A stretch of 63,859 nt of DNA, filler included, from Choristocarpus tenellus KU-1152 (lineage: Eukaryota > Protista > Phaeophyceae): the NCBI GenBank assembly GCA_964200185.2. It is 13 parts of 13 records of this genome, joined end to end, with 100 filler letters (N's around TTAATTAATTAA, not from the genome) between each part and the next. Parts side by side here need not be neighbours in the genome. Positions count along the whole stretch, not along the records: positions 27,828 to 32,304 come from CAXNAD020014382.1; positions 32,405 to 38,164 come from CAXNAD020009825.1; positions 38,265 to 44,217 come from CAXNAD020009326.1; 10 more parts are not named here. One strand, written 5' to 3'. Both the position numbers and the translations under genes were made by a program. A model generated the notes under the pieces. That model did not search any database and was not told the DNA's origin. It was given only the letters and a program-made list of their open reading frames with translations. Positions 28,271 through 39,717 of this stretch are shown here, in pieces. Every line of letters begins with the position of its first letter. The stretch's first letter is position 1.

Positions 28271-30399
28271 AGTGGGTATATTTATGCCTTTTTTAAAGGT
28301 TGTTAGTGTCGATCACTGTATGATGCAATATGTATCTATCACGTACTTGCTATGCTATTGTTGTGTACCATTGATGGATTGATACAACATGATTGGCTTA
28401 CGTAAAACAATCCCTGCACTTCAACCAATGGTGTTCATTGGGTGTCGCATCACCTACTCGGAACAGGAGAGTGACCCCAAAATGATTCCTTGAGATCGGC
28501 TGGGTTGGTGGGATGTTGTAATGACACCCAGAACGAATGCATGCCTATGTCAATATCATCATACACATATAATGGCCAAGAGTATCAGTGCATACTATAC
28601 TAGGGGGGTATGGGAATGTTCCGATCAAGGTTGTAAGTAGTTGATGATGACATAGGTGCCCACTGAAGGTCAGAATGTGGAATGCACTTTAGTTGATGGT
28701 GGCAATAGGTGTCATGTTCAGTGGGGTGTGATTGACAGTTTTGGTTGATAGTGATGGATACTGTATGATACAGTAAGTATTTATCATGTGGTGCCATTTT
28801 GTAAGGGAAGAGGGTATGCAGGGGTGAGTTGAATCTTTCTTTTATCATGCTGAACTTGTGAAGGAGTATGTGTTGTCTTGTCGAGCCAGGTAAAATTTAT
28901 CTCCATAGTAGACACTCCAAAGTGTCCTGAATACTTACCCCTGCCTCTCTTCTAGCATTTCCCCCATGCCCACTACCCTATCATGAATGAAACAGTCTAT
29001 TTCTGCAGTGGTCCTGCCATCACTTGTTAGCTCTTGCAAGGAGTTGATCACATCAACATTTAACATTTGAAACAAACATCTGAGACAACCCTGAGACTTG
29101 ATCATAGACGGATGGAAATCATGCACAAGAATTGTCGATCCCATCCATCTATAGCAGCATGCAGCGAAGTGATATATGCCTTTACTAGCTTCATTACACA
29201 AGTTATGCAAGTTTGGCTTGTCATCCCTTTTCATCCCGGACTGCATGGTAATTATATTGTCCTTGACCTTATCCTCCACTGCTCATTATTTGATGCACTA
29301 TGCTATTATAGTGAGTTTTTCTGGTGCTGTATCAACAATCCCCTCCACCAGCCCTTGCCCATGCCACTATTAGTACTTGCTCTATGTTAGACTCTGACAC
29401 TGGGCGAGATATACAGGTGTGATGTCCACTTCTAGGATTGGCTCACCCCCAACCACCAACCAATGAGGAGGTCTCCGGGTGTAGGCGATGCTCAACAAAT
29501 AATACCTTTTCATATTTCTGGCTTTTTCTGAAACAGATCAGCCCAGCACCAAGTCAACCTGAATTGTTGTTGTTTACGTGTGTGTGTGTGTGTGTATGCC
29601 AGGCAATGGTACCGTTAATATTCAACAAACCTTGTATTCTATTCTGGCCATAGCTACAACAACAATTAATAACACTAAGTTTGTTCCTGGAGGACCCCCC
29701 CCTCATCTCTACCGCTCGCCTACTCTCTCCAATATACTGTCTCCAATATACCATATGTCCTTACACAGTCTGCACAGGTCTTGATATCGACTCAAGCCGT
29801 TGGCATCAACCCTTACTTTCGATTCTCAGTACCGGCATCATATGACGGACTAAACAAATTGTGCAGGTCTCTAGGAAGCTCCTTCCACTTGGAGTTTGTA
29901 GTATTTTTGTTTGCAGTGTACCTCACTCTTAACCCGTTTCCACCTGTTTAAGCATAGGCCACCCCTCTGTGAACCGTAGTTGTGGTTCAGTGCCTTTAAC
30001 TGGTACTAGTGGGTGTCGACCGTTGATAGTACTGGTTCCTTAGCGTACTGGTCCTTAGCGTATAGGTACTCGCATTGCATGTGTACTGGTCTGCATGGTG
30101 CTTGATCTCAAACTTGCTTTGGTACTCGTTATGGTTACAGTGTGTTTCATGCCTGGACTTGGTTGGCGTTTTCATTTTAGACAGAAAATCAGTGAGCATG
30201 TGGCCACGCATTGATTACAGTATTCAATCAGCCTCTTTACAGGGCCTGTTGCAAGATCTAACACATTGAACTCCACCAGTGCTTCATTGCACAAGATCAA
30301 CTCATCTCCATTGAACTCCCACAATGCTTCAAGTCTCTACGCAGAGCACTTCACCAGAACCAACGATTACCAACGATTCATGATTATTATATTATTATG

Positions 30400-30434
<35 letters not shown>

Positions 30435-30649
30435 AGGCTTCCACACCGCCAGGCTTAGTTTATTCTCCCCACACCACTTCATAGTGACTTCCACGGCCTG
30501 GGACCACACACAGTGCAGACCAGCTCCCGACGCAGCTGTGTATTTATTTTCATTGTATCCATGGCATAGTGCCGGCCTTGGCACAACACGATCATACCCC
30601 ACCATGATCATGTCGTTTTATTAACCCATCATCTCCAACATGCTGTAAG

Positions 30650-31600
30650 TCAACTACACATTCTTCTGGTCGTTGTCGCCAGTGGTGTAGTGATGCAGTA
30701 ACACTCCTCTCCGGTCGCACCAACAGTTACAAGAACCGTCAGAAAAGTACTGTTTCACACCTTTTCACACTGGTCCTCAATCAGGTTGGTTACAAGTGCT
30801 GGAATTACCTTCTCTGGGAGCTGTAGTAACCGAATTTTTAATGCTGCAGTTGGTCGCCCACACTTCCACGCCAACTGACACCACGCTTGTGGTGGCTGGC
30901 GAGCGCGATCAGGTCATTCCCCCCCTTGCTCGACAAGAAGGGGCTAAGGTTTTCATCAGGTCGTCTCGTGGACCTTCAGGTCGAGTTAGCCCAATGGCAG
31001 GTCACCAAACACCTCATCTCAGTTCTCACATGCAACAAGCAAACATATTTTATGTCTTGGCTTTGCTGAGATCGGAGCGCTTTGTCAGAAAGCATCTAGC
31101 ATCGTCTGGGAGTCCGCCGTCTCGATGCACCTTGGTCTTAATGACTTAATGAAGGACCTCACTTTAGTGATCGATCAGTCCATGCTGATCTCCCTTACTG
31201 CCATGTGAACCATACTACGTTGGTGCTGGGCGGCACAAGTAGGTCACCAACATGGCGTTTTGGGTGTTCCCATTCGCCAGCGAGAATTTTTCTGACGATG
31301 GTCCTTGACTTGTCAACGAGGTTCTGATGATGGTTCTCGGGGTTAGTGCCGTGTATGCCAACACTTCACAGTCCAGGTTGACATCTACTCAGGGACCACC
31401 TTTCACTATATGACCATCTGGTGCTGTGAGTCTCCACGCCTATCATAGCATTTGCAGTCGGGACCCCTGTAAAGTCAACTGTTGTCAGTGAGAAGGATCT
31501 TTGAATTCGCACCCGTGAAGGTTGTCAGTGAGGAACGAACAGTCCCCTTGGATAATGTTCATTCAACTAGTGAAGTGAAGTGTACCTGCCTGGAACCCTT
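30650..31600 (-). mobile_element. Possible highly decayed LTR-retrotransposon remnant (integrase-like fragment near 30650-30770)
   Basis: Only a weak resemblance: FSDG...WCDRRGVLLHHYTTGDNDQKNV recalls the rve segment FCxxxGIxHxxTxPxxPQQNG. No long ORF. Confidence 0.25.
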
Positions 31601-32404
31601 TTTTCTACTGCCGAGTACTTTGTACTGTATTTGGTACTGTACCACCAGGCAGCTTTTTTTTTCTCGTGGTATATATGTCCGGTTTTGCCCAATTTTTAGG
31701 CGTTTGCTGGTAAAACCTCTCTATAAGCCCCTAACCGATATTCTTTGAACATTTGTTGTTGTGGCAAAGGTCTTTCTTCGGGATATTTCTTCAGGATAGG
31801 AATGCACAGGCCTGGCGGAGATGTAATGAAGAAGAACATTAGGGGTATTCTGAACTTTTGGTTGGTATGTAGTTGGTATTTAGTTGGTATGTTCGAGTGT
31901 TTGACTCGTTAGCGCTATCATAAACACCAACTCGCCACTTAAGCCATCAGGTTCTGGTGTTTATGGACAGTCCATGGTCTCGCCTCCCAGCCTTGTATCT
32001 CTTCACTGAGGTAGACCTCTAGTTAGAGCGATCCATGAATTTTTTGTTGAAGTGGATGAAGGGTGCCTTTTTTTCACCCAGGTTTACAAAATCTTAACTA
32101 AGTTCTGTTTTTCTTGTTTGTTTGTTTGTTTGTTTTTTTCTGCAGTAAAACACCGTGTAATATATATGTTAGAAAAATATAATAGAACAAAGTTTTTTTT
32201 TGCAGCAATCTCACAAACAATATACCCTTCCCCCTGCTCCTGCCCCCGCCCCCGCCAAAAAAAAAAAAAAAATACGATAACATTTGCAGCATGGGTGGAA
32301 GACTNNNNNNNNNNNNNNNNNNNNNNNNNNNNNNNNNNNNNNNNNNNNTTAATTAATTAANNNNNNNNNNNNNNNNNNNNNNNNNNNNNNNNNNNNNNNN
32401 NNNN

Positions 32405-35400
32405 GTGTTTGGTGGGGGTCAGAGCAGTCTTGGGGATGCTGCACGTGCTGGTGTGGTTGAGGAGATAGCAGCCAGGTGGCAGCGTAAGAAAGAGAAGGTT
32501 GTTCGCATGACTTAGGGCTGGGAGTCCACACACTTGATTCTGCCTCGCAGGTTTGGGCTTGAGTCAGGCCTAGGACTAGGACCTCACAGAAAGAGTCAAG
32601 AGTAACCAAGAGGGGCGTGTGTTGCAACCACATAAACTTTTTTTATGCTTTGTTTCGAGAACATGAAGATATTTGAAAAAGGGTGTTGTTGAAGATTGAC
32701 TTCTTCTTGCAAACGGAATGTATCCACAACACAGTCAAAACGCACTCCGCATCTATGGACTGTGAGTGCTCCAAAATCTTGTGCCACCAGACAGCCTTGA
32801 GACTCAGCAGCACCCCCCTCTCGACTACTTTGACTCAGAGGTTAGAGCTATATGGCTTGGGGTGATGTACATTGTAAGGGACATCTTCTAGGACAGGCCT
32901 GCTAATTTCAAATATAAGAAATTTCCATTAGGTTTAGTGTCAATTACATGCTCACCTGGAGGGTCATGAGGGATGAGAATTTCCAAGTGACATTCAGGGC
33001 AAATACGTTGAAGGATTGTCCTTCTAGGTCGGCAAGAAGAGCCTCCCAATATGGACCTGTATTCCAGTCAGCACAGCCAAAGGTGTCACAAGGGAAAAGT
33101 TCCACTCTGTGATTGGTCATAGCCCTGGTGTGAAGTCAAGTTTTAGCGGAAATGCACACTCCTTAGACATCACCGCTACTATTATAAACAACGATAAATG
33201 CCAGTAGCACTACTCGATGAAATAAATATTCATGGTTACTCAATGACCCTGTCTACCTGGCCTCAACCCTGCCCCCATCATGCACAAGGGATTCCGATAA
33301 ACTATTCTTGGTATAGGTGATGCAGCCTGCAGTGTGTGTACTTACATAATTCTTCATCTAACCCTAACCCTATCACAACTAACCTTTAATACCAGACAGT
33401 GCTGGCGGTATCGGCAAGACATTAGTGAACCATGCCCTTCCTTACCTCCTGTTTCAATGTACTTCAAGTACTCTACAAGTACTCTCATTGTCATTGCCCA
33501 CTCTATGTAACACTTGACTACGTTTTACAGGGAGGTAGGATGCAGGAGAAGAGATATGTTGGCTGACGTGAAAACCATCTCTCTAAAATGGCAGTCAACA
33601 ATGCCTATCCACCTTGTCTGCTGGCAGACAAGGGCAGGATCACAGTTGATCGCTCTTGGATACCATCGAGCCTACATTCAACTTCCTCAAATGCAGGAAA
33701 TCTCACATCTTCCTGGAAATAAAACTCAGAGCTTTGCCAAAATCACCGTAGAGCTGTGCGTTCTTACTCTTCCTTTCTTTGACAAAGTGCCTGCAATATA
33801 TCGTGTTCATTCCCCTTCATCAACCAAAAATATTGCCACGGTGCCAAAACGCCTCTGAAGGTGTTGGAGGCCGACCGTAAACGTGCACAAGCAGAGGAAC
33901 ATGCGCGTATACTCAGGGCCTCTGGCAAAGCCTGGGCGATTTCGGCAGCCAAGAAAAAGGGCAAAAGAGGAGCAAAGGAGAAGAGAACTGATCAACTCCG
34001 CAGTTGGCCTAGCCCTAATGACAACCTGGCAAGCTTTGAGCAGGTTCGATAGGGATATGGACTGTTGCAGAATATCTTCCTTGAAAACTCCTCCAGGAAG
34101 TAGAAGGACGGGAGGGGGGGGGGGATACTATATGTCAGCAAGGGAACGTATTGAGCGTGAGAGAGAGGGCAAGTTGTCCACAGAGAGGGGGAAGGAGTTG
34201 GCACAGAGGGTTGAGGACAAAAAAAACGCTCTGATAATTTTCTAAGAAGTATCTTGTTCCAGATTCCACTGTGTATATTCTTTGTCTTCCCTCGAATGAA
34301 ATGGGAAGATAGTGCTTCTCTTCATTCTGCAGGTAACATTGCCCCACATTTAAGGCACTACCTTCAATTGTTCAACACTACCATTCACCCCCTCAAGAAC
34401 AGGAGGGCATCACCACCAATTGTTAGCAATGGTACTGCCCTGTAGACAAGGCAACACCCCCTAGACTCTCACAGCTCAATCGATACCACCTTGTGCCCGC
34501 CGCAGACCCTACTTGAAGCCTCATCAAGCGCGAGTGCACCGGAGGCTTTGGCAATGCTCCTTTGCAGTAGGTCTGCTCTTGTTGGTCTCAGGAAGGGCAA
34601 TAGCCTCTTGAAGCACACAGGTGCATGGCCACTACCTGACGTATTCCCAGTGTCTCTGGCGGTGAGGTGTCAAAAATACTTCAAACAAGTACATCATTAT
34701 GTAGTTGGGGGTTTAGAGGGAACACACGAATGTTGACACATAAGCCAATAGAATCACTAATTGAATTGCTCTGCATTTTTACTATTACAATAGTGACAGT
34801 ATGCCCTTGTCCAGCAAAATCCCCTCCGCCCTCAATCTCATTGCTTCGCAGTAGTATGTATTACTACTTCTTCAAAGTATTGGTTCTATTGCTGTTACTA
34901 TTTTGTCATTTTTCTACATTTTATTATTATTATTTGAAGTGTTGCTATTGTTTCGTTTCGCATCATTGTTCTTATATAGATTATTATGCCCTCTAACATT
35001 TTCCAAATGTATCAGGGGAAAAACCAATGAAAACCATTCAAATGTCAGAATAAGCCCCAAAAAGTAACACTTGTGATAAATGTGAAAGACATTCCTAACC
35101 CTAACCCTAATTTTTGTCATCATCATTCTTGTTGTCATTCTTGTTTATATTATTATATATACAACTGCTACTTTTACAGGGGTCCTTGTGATATTGGTTT
35201 GACTTTTCCCGTTTATCTTTCATTGTTGTTATCATTAGTGTTGTTATCATTAGTGTTGTTATCATTAGTGTTATTTTCATTAGTGTTGTTATCATTAGTG
35301 TTGTTATCATTAGTGTTGTTATCATTAGTGTTGTTATCACTAGTGTTGTTATCATTAGTGTTGTTATCACTAGTGTTGTTATCATTGTTGTTGTCATTAG

Positions 35401-38164
35401 TGGTCATCCTAGTCTCAGAGCAGTGCAGGCTGCTGTTGAACCAGGAGATAGAGGAGAGGAGCGGGGAGTGCTGAATAACGTGTTTGGGGAAGGAAGACAG
35501 CTTTCGGGTAACACTGTTGTGGAGATGAGGCAGCAAGATGCTGGAAATGCTTGGGGGTACTGCTTCGGGTGGGGAAAGAAGGTCGTGCATGGTTATGTGT
35601 ATCCTTGTTTTACTTGTTGTACGAGCACCATCTTCAAATAGTTGTTCAACTTGTTGTATGAGTGCAGACGGACGGTTCTGTGGGATCGTGTTAGAAAACA
35701 AAGTCATACCAACCAAGAGGCATAAAAGGTTGCATTGTATGGATCCCCAGAAATATCCAAAAAATCACACCATACTAGAAAAAAATCAATAGGGTCAGTA
35801 CTAGACCTAGACCTAGCCAGCAGATCGATTGTTCTTGAACCCGTTAGTTCCAAGTGCAAGGAGTTGCAGATTTCTTCCCTGGTGAGAATGGCCTCAAAGG
35901 ATGATGACCAGGCACACCATAGCACACTAGCTGGTGCGGAATTTTGGCGTTGAAACTGCATTCAATCTAAATAAAACTCTAATGGACTATCCTGATGCCA
36001 ATCACGCCATCAACACCTTGTATGCTGTGGAAAACAACAGACAGGGGATACAACACCTCCTACTTAGCTACCTCTTCGTTCCCCTTGAAGCATTGAACCT
36101 TCAAGCTTGACCAAATGATGTATGTTTGCCGACTTGTGCAAGTTCCCACCTCTTTACCTGATCCAGGACCCTCCCCATCCCCTTGAGCCGACATTTTGAT
36201 CACTCCAGCACTTCAAGGATGACAGTCCTCCTCCCTAAGAATACTACCATGCTGCCTTCATCCATCTATATAACAGGAAAAGCCTAACACCCCCCCCTTC
36301 AGCTCATGCATTACTAAAACCCTAAGGTCGTCATTCAAAGTCACATCATAATCATTCCACAGCCTTCACATTACTAGCCATCCCTAGACCCAATAATCAT
36401 CACTCCTTACTGCTATAGGTTCAGTTGTTGCCACCTTGGCTACATGCATCCCAGCGTTTTGTTGCTGTTGCTCACCAAGGCCAGCTCGTTGCCATATCTC
36501 AGGCCTGTCCCTGCGTTTTCTGGGAGGAAATGGTGAGTCTTAGCTACTGTGCTTCAAGGGGGAAATGCATGTGTGAATTGCGTTAGGCATTGAGCCGTGT
36601 TGAGAGTGATACTACATTGCCTTTTTGTCATGGTGATGAATTTCACCACGGTAGTATCCCCCCAACCTCTCCCCTGATAAAGTGGGAGCAAATACAAGGT
36701 AGGAGGAACAAGAGGAATCAAGAGGAGAGGTAGACACAGAAGTTTGACAGAGGAGTAGAATGTTGTTGCTTTGCCATAATAGGTGCATGGTATGGTGGAT
36801 TGGGACTGGGAGGGAGCAGCGCTGCAAGGTATGGTCCATGTTCTGGACAATGATCTATCTCTGTGTGACATCTAGTGAGGATAAGACAAGGGTATTCTCG
36901 CAGCAGCTTTGGTCATGTTGCCAGGCGGGAAATGTGCCCAGATTGAAAGTATCTTAGAGGGGGTACAACTTTTCCCCTGTTTGTCCATTTGGGGCTTGGC
37001 TTCCCACGAGTTTTTAATGACATTTTACCTACTCCAAAAAGTTTCCGAGTAGGTAAAATGTGTATGTTATGAAAAGGTTTGTCCAGAACAAGGATATTGA
37101 CATTTCCTAGCAACCACGATAGCCAAAATTTCATCAAAATCAGAAAGTTGGATTTTGGCCCCCAAATGGACACGACTATACCCTCTAACATAATTTGACT
37201 CGCCATGATGACTCCATATATATATGTGCATGTGTGCATGCGTGTGTGTGTGTCCATCCGTCCGTCCGTCCTCAATCACAGCACTTCTAAACCAATAAAG
37301 ATATTACCAGGGTACCACTGCGCCTGCCACAGCAATGATTACCATGTTCATTCCTGCAACAAACGTGTTAGAAAATTTCTATTGGTCAAAGTTCTTGTAC
37401 ACCAAGAGTTTGCCTCCCTCTGTGCAACACCATCCTTGGCTATCAGTGGTTGTCAGGAAAAGAGTGAAAGTCTCTTATTAAGAGAGGGTACGAGTTTTGC
37501 CCTGTTTGTCCGTTTGGGGCTTGGCTTCCCATGGGGTTTTTTATTGGATTTTCCTACTCCAAAATGCTTCGGAGTGGGTAAAATGTATACGTTGTGAAAG
37601 GGTGTGTCCGGAACAAGGACATTGACACTTCTTAACAAACATGATAGCCAAAATTACATTGAATTCACAACATTGGATTTGGGCCCCCAAATGGACGCGG
37701 CTCTACCCTCTGATATACTTTGGCTCAAAATTCTACGACCAACCCTCCCAACAATTCCCTTCTTTCCCAAAGGACGCCACAGTGCAAGTGTGCACACTCT
37801 AGTCCTGTCCTCAACCAGAACAATTCTTCCCGTTGTCATTTTTCCAGACCACGACAGATCTGGATGAAGTGCTCTCTGGTCTCTTAGATCCATTTCTTGA
37901 GAATCCGGACCTCCTCAAAGAGATGTTCCATTTCAAAGTCCACACAGAGACATCAGAGAGGGAGACAGTGGGGAAAAGGGGGACTGGGGAGGTTGGTGAA
38001 TATGAGTGCGCTCCACCCTTGTCTGCCCTGAATGCGATGAAGGGTAGAATGTCCTCAGGGTGTGGAAGCTTGGAAGATCAAGGAGGAGAGGAAAAACAGG
38101 GAGAACAACATGAAAGAAGCAATAGGCGTGGGGGCGGAGAAGGGGGTGAGGAAGGTGGGGGGGG
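32405..38164 (+). CDS. Divergent Cdc123/D123-like ATP-grasp protein, partial; exons <32405-32475, 32932-33082, 33861-34043, 34506-34620, 35793-35881, 36419-36532, 37848->38164
   Basis: Seven GT-AG exons chain with matching phases (2,0,0,1,0,0) and no stops. Motifs occur in D123-family order: FQVTFRANTLKDCP, NDNLASFEQTLLEASSSASAPEALAMLLCSRS, QRFVAVAHQGQLVAISQACPCVFWEEM. The gene model is better supported than the family call; the 35793 acceptor is weak. Confidence 0.55.
32593..32836. mobile_element. MITE family E (GAGTCAAAGTA-type termini), intronic
   Basis: Ends gagtcaagagtaaccaagaggggcgtg and cacccccctctcgactactttgactc are imperfect inverted repeats; single copy in the window. Confidence 0.7.
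34979..35093 (-). mobile_element. 3'-terminal fragment of the CRE-like retrotransposon
   Basis: Matches the 3' UTRs of the 54598 and 49342 copies (ctttcacattta...gttactttttgggg; stem-loop; gggcataataat). Confidence 0.75.
35220..35402 (+). repeat. 15-bp minisatellite (TTGTTATCATTAGTG)n, ~12 copies
   Basis: Directly visible. Confidence 0.95.
36941..37201 (-). mobile_element. MITE family A copy (flanks CCCA/GCCA)
   Basis: Both TIRs and internal homology to 12233-12491. Confidence 0.9.
37462..37726 (-). mobile_element. MITE family A copy, TSD AAAA
   Basis: aaaa|gagtgaaag ... tactttggctc|aaaa. Confidence 0.9.
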
Positions 38165-38730
38165 NNNNNNNNNNNNNNNNNNNNNNNNNNNNNNNNNNNN
38201 NNNNNNNNTTAATTAATTAANNNNNNNNNNNNNNNNNNNNNNNNNNNNNNNNNNNNNNNNNNNNAGAGGTTGTAGTAGAGAAATAGCGTACGCAAAGAAA
38301 AAAAATTGCATTATGTCAAAAATAAATCTTAGGTACTACCAAAGTAAAGTATAATATATATATATAAATATTTTTAAATTAACGAATGAAAATACTCATG
38401 TATCGTATTGTAATTGATAAAATGATTGATAAAAGATTTTGAAAACACAGTACCACATATAAAAATAAAATAAATCATACAATGATTTAGTGTTTCTTGA
38501 AGAGGATCAGACAGCATGGGAAGAAAAAAGGAGGGGCAGCAAACAGGAAGAGAAAGAGAGAGAGAGAGAGAGAGCAGCAATCATGAATACAGGACATCTT
38601 GCCCCGCAGCATTCTATACCAAAACCGTTTGCGAGAATAACAGTAGGACACAAAAAAGGAAATATGGGACACAACGTTCAGAAATATGTTGGGAGTGACA
38701 AGTGTTGTCCTATATTATAAAAGGTAACAT

Positions 38731-38832
38731 ATGTGTATGTATATATGTATGTATGTGTGTATGTATGTATGTATGTATGTATGTATGTATGTATGTATAT
38801 ATGTGTGTGTATGTATATATGTATATATGTGA
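38731..38832 (+). repeat. (GTAT)n-type microsatellite
   Basis: Directly visible. Confidence 0.9.
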
Positions 38833-39354
38833 GTAGAAGTATCTGCAAATAAATAGGGCTATCATGGACATTGAAAAATGTGCAGGGTAGAGGATTCAAA
38901 AGGGCTGTGCATTCTAAACTAGGTTTAGAGATAGAGCCACAGTGACAACATACATTTAATCTACTACTAGGTCCTATGATACATACTCTTTTCAGGACCA
39001 GGTTGGAAACTTTTGTGGGGAAGGTCATTAAAAAAAAAGGTTTATTTTTTTCTTCCTGAGGGGGTCATAAATATATATATTCATGAGGTTACCCTTAGAA
39101 ATCTCAGCAAACTCTGACTAATCACTTAAAAAATATACCTGTGTGAGGTGCTCTTATCTCTCTCTCTCTACATACATGTGCATGAGTTGGTTTCCAGAAG
39201 CAAACTGACCCACAAAATGTCTGAACTGATGCTGAACAGAGGTAATGTAACTTACATACGTGTGGAGTGTATGCTGCCGAGTTAAGAGGGAATTTAGCCT
39301 CTGTATGTGCTACCCAAATTGCAATGCACTCAGGAACTCATATTATGCCTTCCT

Positions 39355-39611
39355 AATTTACTACTACTAATACTACTAGTGCTACCATTACTAAAATTAC
39401 TAGTACCACTACTACTATTACTACTAGTACCACTACCACTGCTGCCACTACTACCAATACTACTACTACTACTACTAGTGCTACCAATACTACTAGTACC
39501 ACTATTAGTACCATTACTACTATTACTACTACTACCACTATTACTACTACTAATATTATTACTACTACTTCCACTACCACTACCACTACCACTACTATTA
39601 ATAGTTACTAC
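39355..39611 (-). repeat. Degenerate (AGT/GGT)n tract in the GST-like gene intron
   Basis: Directly visible as (ACT/ACC)n on the + strand. Confidence 0.95.
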
Positions 39612-39717
39612 GAAGTGTTGCATAGTATACAGCAAGCGGTTTACGCTTGTCCTGTCCGTACGTGAGTGTGCTATAAAAAATAAGAAACATCACTCCGGCC
39701 TCTATTGGACACATTAC

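Noticed and set aside
28600-29390. ORFs as viral or host coding sequence
   Set aside because: No recognisable motifs and no consistent exon chain; left unassigned.
32956-33124. Minus-strand exon (AMTNHRVELFPC...SSLMTLQ) with plausible splice sites
   Set aside because: It overlaps a plus-strand exon that fits a seven-exon, phase-consistent chain, and no consistent minus-strand partner exons were found.
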